From: a phage
Reading direction: 5' to 3' (one strand)
Length of the DNA: 64,000 nucleotides
Sequence record: PZ452578.1
Shown here: positions 26,606 through 37,126 of the stretch, piece after piece
Layout: every line of letters starts with the position of its first letter
Numbering within the stretch: position 1 is the stretch's first letter
Notes under the pieces: generated by a model
The model's input: the letters and a program-made list of their open reading frames with translations, nothing else
The model's database searches: none
What the model was told of the DNA's origin: nothing
Made by a program: the position numbers and the translations under genes

Positions 26606-28025
26606 TTAATTCATTCGCCAAAGCATCTAACTGAGCTCGAGTGGATTCATTTCTTTGATAGCGATTCTGTTCAGCCTGAATCTGCTGTGAACCTGCTACT
26701 TCACTCACTTCAGTTGGAGTAGAATCTTGTTCAATTTCTACCCATTTCTGATTTCCCTTTTGAACACCCATCAAAAACTTATTCCATTTGTTCTTATCGC
26801 CATATCGTGATTTGATTTGCTTAATGAGTTGTTGTTCAGCAGCTGCTAGCTCCTCGGTTTCAATGACCGCAAGCATAAAATCAGCTGTTGCTGGAAGACC
26901 GGCAGATTCTGCGATATCACTCATGTTAACATCAGAAGAATCCCAAGCTTGTTTACCAACCTGTGCTGCAGTCCAAAGAACAGTTTCGGTTTCAACAGCC
27001 AGAGCACGCAATTCCTCTGCAATAGCTTTAACAGTTGTGTAACTATTTTCTGAATAAACTCTAATGCGGCAAGATTTACAAATACCTAGATAATCGACAA
27101 TAATGATTGTTGGAACAAAATTCTTCTTGAGCTTCAATTCGTTTAAAAGTGATCGAAATGTATTAGCATCTGCTCCACCAGTAGGATACTGTTTAACGAT
27201 TAAACGACCAAGAGTAGATTTCTCACGCCATTTTTCCATTTTTCCTTTATACTCAGCGTAAGAAATATGCCCATCATCAATGTCATCAAGAGAAACATCG
27301 AGCATATTAGCGTCAATACGTTTAGCACAGACTTCTTCTGCCATTTCCATGGAGATATAAAGAACGTTATGTCCGAGCTGTAAATAATCTGCTGCTAATG
27401 AACAAAGTCCTAATGATTTACCAACGTTAACGCCAGCCATTAAAACGTTCAGTGTTCCAGTCTCAGCTCCGCCTTTAGTAATTTTGTTTAGAATTCTGAG
27501 TTTAAATGGAACCTTACGAGCTTTATTCATATAAGATAGCCAACGTGCTTCATAGTCATCCATCCAATCATGGCCAACGTAGCTATCAAATGAAATTGAT
27601 AATGCTTGGCGCATGATGTCAGGAATAGCACCTACATCTGGCATTTTCTTATTTCGTTTTTCTGGAGGAAGCTCAGCATTAGTTTGAATTTCGATTATTT
27701 TAGACGTAGCATTAAACATCGCCCTTTGCTGAACATATTTTTCTGTTTCTTTTACTAACCAGCTGTGGTCTTCTGGAGAATCAGCCAGTTTTGAAATAAG
27801 TGTTTTTACACCAGAATATTCTGTTTCAGTAAATGAACTATTTTCTAATGCAACATTTAACGCATTAATAGATGGAACGCTATGATACTCATTGACATGA
27901 GATTTAATTAATTTGAATGTATTTTTAGCTGGACCACTTTCAAAATATTCTGAATCCATATATGGCCAAACTTTTGAAAAATAAGCTTGATCAAATATGA
28001 GATGAGAAAGAATAATTTCTACCAC
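26598..28025 (-). CDS. 41: gp41 replicative DNA helicase (DnaB-like)
   Basis: ORF track 475 aa; Walker A GVNVGKS; matches T4 gp41 length. Confidence 0.95.
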   Translation of the reverse strand: MVEIILSHLIFDQAYFSKVWPYMDSEYFESGPAKNTFKLIKSHVNEYHSVPSINALNVALENSSFTETEYSGVKTLISKLADSPEDHSWLVKETEKYVQQRAMFNATSKIIEIQTNAELPPEKRNKKMPDVGAIPDIMRQALSISFDSYVGHDWMDDYEARWLSYMNKARKVPFKLRILNKITKGGAETGTLNVLMAGVNVGKSLGLCSLAADYLQLGHNVLYISMEMAEEVCAKRIDANMLDVSLDDIDDGHISYAEYKGKMEKWREKSTLGRLIVKQYPTGGADANTFRSLLNELKLKKNFVPTIIIVDYLGICKSCRIRVYSENSYTTVKAIAEELRALAVETETVLWTAAQVGKQAWDSSDVNMSDIAESAGLPATADFMLAVIETEELAAAEQQLIKQIKSRYGDKNKWNKFLMGVQKGNQKWVEIEQDSTPTEVSEVAGSQQIQAEQNRYQRNESTRAQLDALANELKF

Positions 28026-28034
28026 ACTTACTCC

Positions 28035-28379
28035 TTAAAAGAATTTAAATTTTTTCTTTGACCTTTTATTAAATGCATCTTGTAGTTGCATTGTAATACA
28101 TTTTTCTACATGAGGAGCTAACTCAGCTTTTCTTTCTTGGTCAAGAACAGCAAAGTCCATTACAACCTTTCCATCAACCCAATCTAATTTTGTCACATAC
28201 ACTATATGTGTAGAACCATCTTCTAGTTTAATGATAATCTCCTGGATAACATTTTCCATAGCGGATTTAATTATCTTAAGAGATTCATTAAAAAGACGTT
28301 CTTTTCTTTCTTCTTCCCCCTCCGAAGAGGGGGATTCATCGATAATTTCTAGGTCTAAATCTAAATCATCTTTATTCAT
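28035..28379 (-). CDS. 40: gp40-position protein (~114 aa from internal ATG)
   Basis: ORF track; position between 41 and uvsX. Confidence 0.6.
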   Translation of the reverse strand: MNKDDLDLDLEIIDESPSSEGEEERKERLFNESLKIIKSAMENVIQEIIIKLEDGSTHIVYVTKLDWVDGKVVMDFAVLDQERKAELAPHVEKCITMQLQDAFNKRSKKKFKFF

Positions 28380-29553
28380 TAAATTCTTCCATATCACTTA
28401 ACTGTTCTAGGTCAGTTTCTAAATCAGCAGCTGATTTACTTTTACTTTCTGGAGATTTAAATTTTTCAACCTTTGAGTTAATTAATTCATCGACTTCAGC
28501 TTCAACAATTTCATTACTATCAATAGCACCTAACTGATAAGCACGTTTAATAGCATCTCGGAATGGTTGATGCTTAAATAAAGGACCCCAGAATGTAGTG
28601 CAGTTGGTATCTTTTGCACGCCAAGATTTTTCTTCGCGAATCATCTCGCCGGTTTCTTCATCAAGAAATTCACGAGCATACCAGCCATTTTTAGGTTTTA
28701 CAACAAATCCTAATTCTAGAGCCATATCTAACAATCCAGAATAAGGATCGATACCACCGTCAAATTTAACATCAATAAAGAATTTACTTTTTTCTTTAAC
28801 GGTACGAGATTTTTCTACATTTAGAACAAATTGATACCCCTGAAGATCAGAACCATCTTTAATCTGGCGTTTACCGATAATGAATACAGTATCAGCCGAA
28901 TACATTACGCCTGTACCACCTGTCATCACGGTTTTACTAAACATTTCAATTGTTTCAATTGTATGGTTAACCGCAACACATGGAATATTTTTAATGCTAA
29001 AATAAGGAGTAACAATACGGAATAATGACTTCAGTGATTTAGCACGAGTCATATCTGCCACAGATTTTTCATTCAAGGCATCTTCCGTTTCTTTCTTAGA
29101 AGCCATATTACCGATTGAGTCGATGAATACAATAACCTTTTCACCACGCTCAATAGCTTCAAGCTGGTTCACCATATCAATTTTCAGCTGTTCAACTGAC
29201 TGGATTGGCGTATGAATTACACGTTCCGGGTCAACTCCCATGGATCGCAAATAAGCTGGAGTAATACCAAATTCGCTATCATAGAATAGACAAACCGCGT
29301 CAGGATATTTGTTTAAATATGCCGCAACCATAGTCAAAGACATATTTGATTTAAAGTGTTTAGAAGGCCCTGCGAAAATAGTTAAACCAGACTGCATGCC
29401 GCCATCAATCGCACCAGAAATAGCAATATTAAGCATTGGGATTTTTGTACGGATTACATCCTTTTCATTAAAGAATTTAGATGTAGTCAGTTCAGCAGTC
29501 ATTTTAGAAGTGGAAGCTTTAATCAAACGGGATTTTAAATCTGCAATAGACAT
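28372..29553 (-). CDS. uvsX: UvsX recombinase (RecA-like)
   Basis: ORF track 393 aa; matches T4 UvsX sequence as recalled. Confidence 0.95.
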   Translation of the reverse strand: MSIADLKSRLIKASTSKMTAELTTSKFFNEKDVIRTKIPMLNIAISGAIDGGMQSGLTIFAGPSKHFKSNMSLTMVAAYLNKYPDAVCLFYDSEFGITPAYLRSMGVDPERVIHTPIQSVEQLKIDMVNQLEAIERGEKVIVFIDSIGNMASKKETEDALNEKSVADMTRAKSLKSLFRIVTPYFSIKNIPCVAVNHTIETIEMFSKTVMTGGTGVMYSADTVFIIGKRQIKDGSDLQGYQFVLNVEKSRTVKEKSKFFIDVKFDGGIDPYSGLLDMALELGFVVKPKNGWYAREFLDEETGEMIREEKSWRAKDTNCTTFWGPLFKHQPFRDAIKRAYQLGAIDSNEIVEAEVDELINSKVEKFKSPESKSKSAADLETDLEQLSDMEEFNE

Positions 29554-29630
29554 TCATTTTTTCCATAGGCATCATTATATTTTCCTCACTGGTTAAAGAT
29601 AGAGTAATTATAACACAATAAATTTAGGCA

Positions 29631-30472
29631 TTAATCAACTGCTATCGGATGAATAGCATTAAACTTATGAAATGCTTCTGATTTTTCTTTGCGCGAAACA
29701 CACATGCGAAGAACCTTTAATGGCTCGTCTTCTTCACCCAACGATTTTCGTTTTTCAATATTAGAAGTTTTCCAACGAGCTTGCTCTGGAAACTCTCTAT
29801 TGATTTGCTCAAGCGCTCTATTATGTTTAGAATTACTACGAATTGAACTGCACCCGCCAGGAGCTTGTGCTTTTCCAGATACAACCAGATATTTGAACAA
29901 GGCCAAATGCGGATAACCTTGATTAATTAAATTGAGAAATGCATACATATCTTCGCACAAATCAATTTTTCCATACCCAATTTGTTCTGTCGTAAGTTTT
30001 CCAAGGTCATACCATGTATTCGTGAATCCATATGAATTTTCACGATAATTACCCCAAGATGAAGTAATTTTAAAAATTGGTAGACGAGCATGACCGTGAT
30101 AATACCCACAATCCATGGCATCCTCAACATATTGAATCAATTCATAGAACTGTTCACGAGTCAATTGATTGACTTTATCTACGCAACGACGATCATCTCT
30201 TTTTCGCATTGAACTCATACGAATAGTAGTATCATCGTCAATCATCCAGATTCGTTGACCTGCATACATATCAGTAATTGCTTTACGAGTACCGGCAATT
30301 CCGTTTACATCATCAGGAATAGTTACAATTTTAGCTCTAGACCCATAGGCATCATAATAAGCTTTTTCTTCGTGTTCACGCACTACAATATGGGTTCATA
30401 ATCAGTCGGAAACATATCAAGGGCAGAAACTGCCCCAACACGCTGATAACTTGGAATTACGAATTGAATCAT
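29631..30472 (-). CDS. GT-A-type glycosyltransferase at the beta-gt locus (not T4 beta-gt); split by an apparent 1-nt frameshift near 30383-30395
   Basis: 29-codon ORF 30383..30472 (MIQFVIPSYQRVGAV..., ATGA-coupled to gene 42 stop) continues in another frame as the 250-aa track ORF; DXD motif WMIDDDT. Confidence 0.6.
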
Positions 30473-31209
30473 TTCCACTCACCTTTATAGTCTTTTTTCA
30501 CAATATGAGTTTCGCCCGTATTCCACCAATGATCAACCAAGTAAAAATGACGAGAATATACATGAAGACTTCCAACATTCCATATAATAGAACCTGCTTT
30601 ATACTGACGAGTTGAATCGCCTGCATTCAAATCAGATACTAATTTATCTAATACGTATTTTTGCCATGCATAATCATTACGGAATCCGAAGACCACGTCA
30701 TTTGAGCGCATGCTTACTACTGCATTGACTTTCTTGTCACGAATCAGATACTGTACGGTATTCGTACACATGAAATCTGACATACCGTCTTTATTATAGT
30801 CAAACTGCATAGATGGACGAGTATAAATCATGATACCACGTCGAGAATCAGGATTTTGACCAAGTTCAGCTAAACACATATCATACTGGGCATAGTTATC
30901 TTCTGACCAGATAGCCCAACCATAATTCGAGTTAATTTCACCTTTAGAAGATGCTACTTGTTGCCAAATCTTCGGTGTTTCACCCGGAATATCTTTAACG
31001 AACAAGCTCTTAGATTTATACCATTCAAGTTCACGCTGAATGTATTCATCATTAAGAGCGCCAAAAATAAACGGTTCATCTGCTACAAATGATGCGCCAA
31101 TAATTTCAATAGTTTTAACACCAGTTTTATCAACTACGAAATCTTTTTCCTTTAATGCAGTTCCCAAATAAAAACGGATTTCTTCAACTGTCATAGAGTC
31201 ATTAATCAT
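30469..31209 (-). CDS. 42: gp42 dCMP hydroxymethylase
   Basis: ORF track 246 aa; near-identical to recalled T4 gp42. Confidence 0.95.
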   Translation of the reverse strand: MINDSMTVEEIRFYLGTALKEKDFVVDKTGVKTIEIIGASFVADEPFIFGALNDEYIQRELEWYKSKSLFVKDIPGETPKIWQQVASSKGEINSNYGWAIWSEDNYAQYDMCLAELGQNPDSRRGIMIYTRPSMQFDYNKDGMSDFMCTNTVQYLIRDKKVNAVVSMRSNDVVFGFRNDYAWQKYVLDKLVSDLNAGDSTRQYKAGSIIWNVGSLHVYSRHFYLVDHWWNTGETHIVKKDYKGEWK

Positions 31210-31362
31210 TTAAACCTCAATTGATGCATTCATATTTAAATTGTAACAGTAATAAACCCCACCCTATGATAAGAGTTGGAATCATAGCAGGAACTGTTAC
31301 GCTATAGTATATACTTATTATAACCATCAAGATTAAAAGCAACACTGCTATAATTTTGCTTT

Positions 31363-31614
31363 TCATTCTTTCTCTCTGATGATAATTACCTGATTTGGCT
31401 GTACAGACTTTTTAGTTTCACCTGCAATTGACCAAATAAATGTAATAAACCAACCAATAATTGACCAGTTAAACAGTAAAGACGTGAAAAAGATTCCTAC
31501 TGTCGATTTTGACCCACGCATCAAGGCGATAAACCATGGAAGCATGTATATAATAATAGCCAACACGCCTGAAACTAAAACCATAAAAATTGAACCTGCT
31601 ACTAAAGTTTCCAT
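31363..31614 (-). CDS. imm: Imm superinfection immunity membrane protein
   Basis: ORF track 83 aa; hydrophobic; matches T4 Imm size and position. Confidence 0.8.
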   Translation of the reverse strand: METLVAGSIFMVLVSGVLAIIIYMLPWFIALMRGSKSTVGIFFTSLLFNWSIIGWFITFIWSIAGETKKSVQPNQVIIIREKE

Positions 31615-31621
31615 GTTTTCC

Positions 31622-32002
31622 TCACTTAGTCAAATTTTTTACACATGAATTATAAGAATTCACTACATACTCCATCGGAGCATTTTTACCAGTACGCCAT
31701 TGGTAATTATTAGCCCAATTAGCCCAAATTTCGGCGCAGTAGTTTTCAATTTTTTCTTCGCGTGTAATTACATCAGAATTACGATATGCTTGAGCAGATT
31801 CATCTGGACGAATAGCCTCGTCAAAATTCGCCTGCATTTGTTCTACTGTCTGTTTTGGAGCTTCTTTATAACACTTGACATTAGGATTATAAAACTTGCT
31901 TGAACAGTTTACAATTTTTCCTACATCAGACTGATTTACTACCGGTCCTTGAGCTACACAACCAGTAAGACCTAATGCAATAACTAAAATAGCGATTTTC
32001 AT
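31622..32002 (-). CDS. putative lipoprotein (126 aa; LTGC lipobox)
   Basis: ATG at 32002 with GGAG RBS; track start is a TTG in the leader. Confidence 0.65.
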   Translation of the reverse strand: MKIAILVIALGLTGCVAQGPVVNQSDVGKIVNCSSKFYNPNVKCYKEAPKQTVEQMQANFDEAIRPDESAQAYRNSDVITREEKIENYCAEIWANWANNYQWRTGKNAPMEYVVNSYNSCVKNLTK

Positions 32003-32036
32003 TTCATTCTCCAAATCCGTATTAGTTGATAGTTGT

Positions 32037-32085
32037 ATAGTACCATGGAAGAACAGTCTTGTAAACAGTTTTGTGAAAAATTTTT
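32037..32085 (-). promoter_or_regulatory. T4-type early promoter with conserved leader
   Basis: Plus atagta 32037-32042, gtaaac 32061-32066. Confidence 0.7.
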
Positions 32086-32144
32086 AGGGAATCCAAAGGG
32101 TCCAGAATCATCTGTTTTTCATAAGTATAGATTTATATTACTTG

Positions 32145-32171
32145 TATGAAAAAGGGACCCGGAGGTCCCTA
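32145..32171 (-). terminator. Intrinsic terminator after gene 43
   Basis: agggacc-cgga-ggtccct hairpin with U-run on minus-strand RNA. Confidence 0.7.
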
Positions 32172-32182
32172 GATTTATTCTA

Positions 32183-34879
32183 TCAGCCAAACAGGAAGTC
32201 TAACGAAGCTTTTTCTTCATAGTCCATACCAGCCGATTCACACATGCCTGCAAGCGGTTTAACAAACGATTTTTGGAACAAAGTTGAGTAGTCAATCCAA
32301 GACAGTACGTCAGAACGAATTTCTTTTGGAAGTTCTGTGCCCGACGGCCAAGCAATGCACTTGTCACCAAATGGATTTCCTTCACGCAATGGAAGAACCA
32401 TTACTTTATTTCCATCCAAAATTGGAGCTACACCCAGACCACTAACAGCTCGACGATAAGTTAGCACACCGCGAATATGGAACGGACATTTAAATCCTGG
32501 CCAACCTTTATCATCATATTTCGCTATATCGTTCGCAGTTTTTACTTCAGCAATAACTTTATAGTCAAGTTGACGATATTCTTTCTCAAAGTTCTTATAA
32601 TATTCTTGAACAGACTCTTCGCCTTCTTGAAGAATACGACGGATACTTTCTTCAAGAGCTTCTTGGACCGCTTTAGGCGTTGAACTCTGCTGAGTTTCCA
32701 TACCCATGATTTTTAGATGCGGTTCAGCAAATCGCTTATCTTCCATATCATAAACGTTCAGAGCATAACGTTTTTTCGCTTTCCAAAATCCACCAACACC
32801 CTTTGAACCAAGCGGAGGGCAAGAAATAGCTTCACGGTCCATATGCATCAGATGCTCGCGGTTATTCATATAATCACATAACTCACGATATGCAACATCA
32901 ATCATAGGTTCCATCTTTTTCTTACCGAACTGATTCATGAATTCAACTAAATCGTTCTGCTCTTTGAATCGGTCAAGACCAACTTTTTCAATAACTTTAT
33001 CTACACAAACATATACCGAATCAGTATCACCTGCTGCGATGAAATCTTCGCCATTAGTTCCGCATACTTTATTCAGATATTCATTAATTTTACGAGCAAT
33101 CCACTGAATACCAACTTGGCCGAAAATTGTGATAGCAGTAGCATTTCGCAAATCATAGTAACGAAAATGAATATTACCAAGAGCACCGTAAAGACTGTTA
33201 ATAAGAATTTTACGGTTCAGCTGATTTGTGTTAGCAAGTGTAGCTGCTTTTTCACATTCTTCAATCAAACTATTGAGAACAGATTCGGTGTAATTCGATA
33301 GTTCATTTAAGAAATCATCACTGAACTTAACATATCGTTCAACTTCAGGTTTAGTTGAACAAGACCCTGCGCCTTTCATAATAATCTTTTTAATAGCTTC
33401 GGCATTCATTTCTTCAGCGAACATTTTCTTTTTCCAATCTTTACGCTGGAAAAATACTTTAGCGATTTCCTTTGGAATGATACCTTCTTGATGCTTATCA
33501 TACATCCATCCATTCGGAGAACAAGAATATTCATCACTCGGTTTAGGAGCTGTTCCTGCGATATATTCATGAATTGGATGAACTTTAAATTGTCCACGAA
33601 TAGTCTCAGGACTAATGTTAACCTGGCGAATAATACTCGGATACAGAGACGTCAAGTCAAAACTCATAATGTATCGACGAGCAATTGGCTTAGGTTCAAA
33701 TACAAATGCACCCGGAAAACTCTGTTTAACATGCGAACCTTGTTGAGGAATAACCTTATGTTCACCTTTCAATGAGTTAAAAATAATAGCATCCCAAGTT
33801 TTAATAGGACTCATTACACCAGAAAAAGGCATTTTAGCGTAATAAGACATACTTAAAACTAGATCGATAAACCCGCGAATTTTATCAATTGCTTGAACTG
33901 ATTCTACGTCAATGATGTTATAACTAATGTATCGTTGATGATTAGTCTCACGAAGTTTATTAATAGGACCATCATACGGTAATTTACCTTTTTTGGTTTC
34001 ATGCTGAGCAACTGATTCCAAAGAGAATGACGGCAAATTAGTAAATGCGAATTTCTTATACAAATCTAAATAATCAAGAATAGATACGCCATCAATAGAA
34101 TAAATTTCTTTGCTACCGTACATATTTTGAATTAGTTTAGATTTTACTCGACCAATTGGAGAGAAGCGTTTCATACTACGTTCACCGAGAACCATTTTAA
34201 CGCGATTCATGATATACGGAACGTCAAATCCCTCAATATTCCAACCAGTAAAAATAGCAGGTCGTTTCTGTTCCCAAAGATTGATATATTCCATGAGCAT
34301 ATCACGCTCATTATCGAATGGCATATAAATTACTCGGTCAAGAATTTCTTGAGGAACTTCATCACCACCTTCACAGTCAAGCTTAGCAGCTAACTTTGCA
34401 TCCCATTTTGATACTGAACCGTACATTGAATTCAAAAGGTCGAAAACATAAAAACGATCATCAATTGAATCGTAATGAGTGATAGCATCAATTTCATATT
34501 CAGCTTTCATTGGGTCAGGAAATTTATCACCAGTAACCTCAATGTCACAGTTAGCTACACGAACAAATTTTCGGTCATAAACAATTTCTGAACCGTATGT
34601 ATCACTGATATAAGCGAGTTTAAAATCGTTCATACCGAGAGCTTCGAGACCGATGTCTTCCATTCGTTTCATCCAATCTCGAGCATCTTTCATTGATGGA
34701 AATTTTTGAGGAGCGCAGTTTTTACCATAAATGTCTTTGTACTTTGACTCTTCCTTACAATGCCTAAACATAGTTGGAAGATATTCTACTTCACGAGTAC
34801 GTTCCTTTCCGTTTTCATCAATATAACGTTCAACAATGTTATTTCCGACTGTTTCAATAGAGATATAAAATTCTTTCAT
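32183..34879 (-). CDS. 43: gp43 DNA polymerase (family B)
   Basis: ORF track 898 aa; matches T4 gp43 length and N-terminus MKEFYISIETVGNNI. Confidence 0.95.
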   Translation of the reverse strand: MKEFYISIETVGNNIVERYIDENGKERTREVEYLPTMFRHCKEESKYKDIYGKNCAPQKFPSMKDARDWMKRMEDIGLEALGMNDFKLAYISDTYGSEIVYDRKFVRVANCDIEVTGDKFPDPMKAEYEIDAITHYDSIDDRFYVFDLLNSMYGSVSKWDAKLAAKLDCEGGDEVPQEILDRVIYMPFDNERDMLMEYINLWEQKRPAIFTGWNIEGFDVPYIMNRVKMVLGERSMKRFSPIGRVKSKLIQNMYGSKEIYSIDGVSILDYLDLYKKFAFTNLPSFSLESVAQHETKKGKLPYDGPINKLRETNHQRYISYNIIDVESVQAIDKIRGFIDLVLSMSYYAKMPFSGVMSPIKTWDAIIFNSLKGEHKVIPQQGSHVKQSFPGAFVFEPKPIARRYIMSFDLTSLYPSIIRQVNISPETIRGQFKVHPIHEYIAGTAPKPSDEYSCSPNGWMYDKHQEGIIPKEIAKVFFQRKDWKKKMFAEEMNAEAIKKIIMKGAGSCSTKPEVERYVKFSDDFLNELSNYTESVLNSLIEECEKAATLANTNQLNRKILINSLYGALGNIHFRYYDLRNATAITIFGQVGIQWIARKINEYLNKVCGTNGEDFIAAGDTDSVYVCVDKVIEKVGLDRFKEQNDLVEFMNQFGKKKMEPMIDVAYRELCDYMNNREHLMHMDREAISCPPLGSKGVGGFWKAKKRYALNVYDMEDKRFAEPHLKIMGMETQQSSTPKAVQEALEESIRRILQEGEESVQEYYKNFEKEYRQLDYKVIAEVKTANDIAKYDDKGWPGFKCPFHIRGVLTYRRAVSGLGVAPILDGNKVMVLPLREGNPFGDKCIAWPSGTELPKEIRSDVLSWIDYSTLFQKSFVKPLAGMCESAGMDYEEKASLDFLFG

Positions 34880-34892
34880 AGATATTCCTTAG

Positions 34893-34914
34893 TTTATAGC
34901 CCGAGTTATTAGGC
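34893..34914 (-). promoter_or_regulatory. gp43 translational operator hairpin (5-bp stem, loop AAUAACUC) upstream of the gene 43 RBS
   Basis: Minus-strand RNA reads GAGCCUAAUAACUCGGGCUAUAAACUAAGGAAUAUCUAUG. Confidence 0.7.
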
Positions 34915-34938
34915 TCTTGATATATTATACTCCAAATA

Positions 34939-34955
34939 AGGGGCCGAAGCCCCTT
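34939..34955 (-). other. CUUCGG RNA hairpin
   Basis: aaggggc-cgaa-gcccctt inverted repeat. Confidence 0.5.
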
Positions 34956-34957
34956 GC

Positions 34958-35179
34958 TTAAATTAGTACTATTTGCCGGGTGAAAATTGTCAATCCATCT
35001 GCATTAATTGACTTAACGACTGCAGTAAAATGTTTTTGTTCTGGGTGAACTAATTTTTGAAATTCTACCTGAAATTTTAATTGGAGGTTTTCTGGTAAAT
35101 CAAAAAGTGTTTCTGTTGCAGAAAGATTATATTTTTCTTTAAGAGACGCCATGTATTCTTGCGGAGTTATAGCAGTCAT
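34958..35179 (-). CDS. hypothetical protein (73 aa)
   Basis: ATG directly after regA stop; track ORF extends into regA. Confidence 0.5.
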   Translation of the reverse strand: MTAITPQEYMASLKEKYNLSATETLFDLPENLQLKFQVEFQKLVHPEQKHFTAVVKSINADGLTIFTRQIVLI

Positions 35180-35180
35180 A

Positions 35181-35549
35181 TTAATTACCAATCGTATATT
35201 TAGGAACGAGTTTCCATTCATGTTTTTGTTTAAAAGAAATAACTCGGAAGTTATTAGTTAAATCTTTCATAAAAGTTCTTTGACCAGGAACGATTTCAAT
35301 CAGTCCCCAATCTTCTAACAGCCATGCAATCGAATCACGACGAACTTCATCTTCTTCTGTCATTTCAACTTGACGGCCATCCATACGAAGCATTTCTTTA
35401 AAATGAACGATATAGTATAGTCCTTTTTTCTGAAGAATATGACAGGACTGATACAGAACTTTATCTTTATTATTAGCAATTCCCATACGAGTCAAAGTTT
35501 CTTTTACTTTCAGAAAATCTTCAGGTTTTTTAAGAGTAATTTCAATCAT
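35181..35549 (-). CDS. regA: RegA translational repressor
   Basis: ORF track 122 aa; matches T4 RegA. Confidence 0.9.
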   Translation of the reverse strand: MIEITLKKPEDFLKVKETLTRMGIANNKDKVLYQSCHILQKKGLYYIVHFKEMLRMDGRQVEMTEEDEVRRDSIAWLLEDWGLIEIVPGQRTFMKDLTNNFRVISFKQKHEWKLVPKYTIGN

Positions 35550-35550
35550 T

Positions 35551-36114
35551 TTACCATTCCAATGCTAGTTTTTTGAGTTGTTTCTGTTCTTTTACGTTCT
35601 TAGTCACTTCTTTCAAAAAATCATCCGTGACTAAACCTTTTAGTTCTTTTAATACTAAAGGAAGTTTTCCATTTTTAGTAAGAATTGATTTATAGTTAAT
35701 TGCATCATTTGTGTTAACTTGATACCGCTTAGCAAGTAACTTAATAATCAATACTTCGGTGGAATCTTCAACCAGTTTTGCCCATTTACCATATCTTTTA
35801 CCACGAGGAACTGCAGCCATTAGATAATTAAAATGAGCTTCATCACTTAAACCTGATCCAATTAAATTCATAGCATATACAGCTGGCATGCACTCTGGAA
35901 ATTGTGATAATGCATTTTCAACCATGAATTTTGAATAATCTTTTTGAGCAATAGAGCATTTAGTTTTATTATTAATAGCTCCAATTATTTCAAAAAACTC
36001 ATTTTCAGCTTTTTCTTTAAAAGAATCAGCAGCGGATTGGACAGCTGTCCAATCTTTTGAATACCAAGCAACTTGATGCTCGTTTAATTGAATATCATCT
36101 TCAAATAAGCTCAT
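35551..36114 (-). CDS. 62: gp62 clamp-loader subunit
   Basis: Internal [17 protein letters not shown] gives 187 aa as in T4. Confidence 0.9.
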   Translation of the reverse strand: MSLFEDDIQLNEHQVAWYSKDWTAVQSAADSFKEKAENEFFEIIGAINNKTKCSIAQKDYSKFMVENALSQFPECMPAVYAMNLIGSGLSDEAHFNYLMAAVPRGKRYGKWAKLVEDSTEVLIIKLLAKRYQVNTNDAINYKSILTKNGKLPLVLKELKGLVTDDFLKEVTKNVKEQKQLKKLALEW

Positions 36115-36115
36115 A

Positions 36116-37075
36116 TCACTTCCACTGCATTTCACATGCTAACTGAATGAAAAGATAAGCTAGATGCAATTCAGTATTAGCTGCAATACCATGATACTGA
36201 TTATTTTCGCCGACAATTTCGTACATACGAATAATACTCTGTGGAGTTACACGTGAATAAATTTCTTCGGCAAGTTTACCCACGAACCACGAATAATCGG
36301 CTGCATATTTTGGTGCTAAAGCTCTGAGTTGTTTAACATCTTTATTTTTGAGAGACTCAAGAACATCATCAATAGCACCACGATCGTTAGTAACCAGTGA
36401 TAAAATACCAGCATCCAAAACACCTTTAGATGAATAACTATCGAGCTCGCCAATAGTTTTACGAAAATCAGGAAAATTCTTTTTAACCAAAGCTGCTACA
36501 ACTTTCATATCAGCTATAGCAATTCCTTCATGCTTACAGATTTCAGTCAACCGACGAATCATCTGCTTCATCATTTCAATTTTATCTTCATCGGTCGGTT
36601 GACCGAATGTAATAACTCGGCAGCGTGACTGAAGCGGTTTAATAATACCATCAATATTGTTAGCAGTAATAATAATACTACAGTTTGAACTATAAGCTTC
36701 CATAAAGGAACGAAGATGTCGCTGAGACTCTGCTAGCCCTGAACGGTCAAATTCATCAATAACGATTACTTTTTGACGACCATCAAATGAAGCTGCACTG
36801 GCAAAATTAGTCAAAGGACCACGAACGAAATCAATTTTACAATCTGATCCATTCACAAACATCATATCAGCATTTACATCATGACACAATGCTTTTGCTA
36901 CAGTTGTTTTACCTGTTCCTGGAGAAGGAGAATGAAGAATAATATGTGGAATCTTACCTTTACTTGTAATAGATTTAAAGGTTTCTTTATCAAAGGCGGG
37001 AAGAATACATTCATCGATAGTAGATGGACGATATTTCTGTTCAAGAATGTGTTCTTTTTCATTTACGGTAATCAT
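36116..37075 (-). CDS. 44: gp44 clamp-loader ATPase (AAA+)
   Basis: Internal [20 protein letters not shown] gives 319 aa as in T4; Walker A GTGKTT. Confidence 0.9.
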
Positions 37076-37107
37076 AATTTCCTCATTCAAGTTTTAGTGT
37101 AAATTAT

Positions 37108-37126
37108 AAAGGGCCGAAGCCCTTTA
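37108..37126 (-). other. CUUCGG RNA hairpin between genes 45 and 44
   Basis: aaagggc-cgaa-gcccttt inverted repeat. Confidence 0.5.

Noticed and set aside
29554-29630. MotA-box-like sequence upstream of uvsX (TGCCTAAA … TATAAT)
   Set aside because: Two mismatches to the MotA box core and ambiguous spacing; not reported as a feature.
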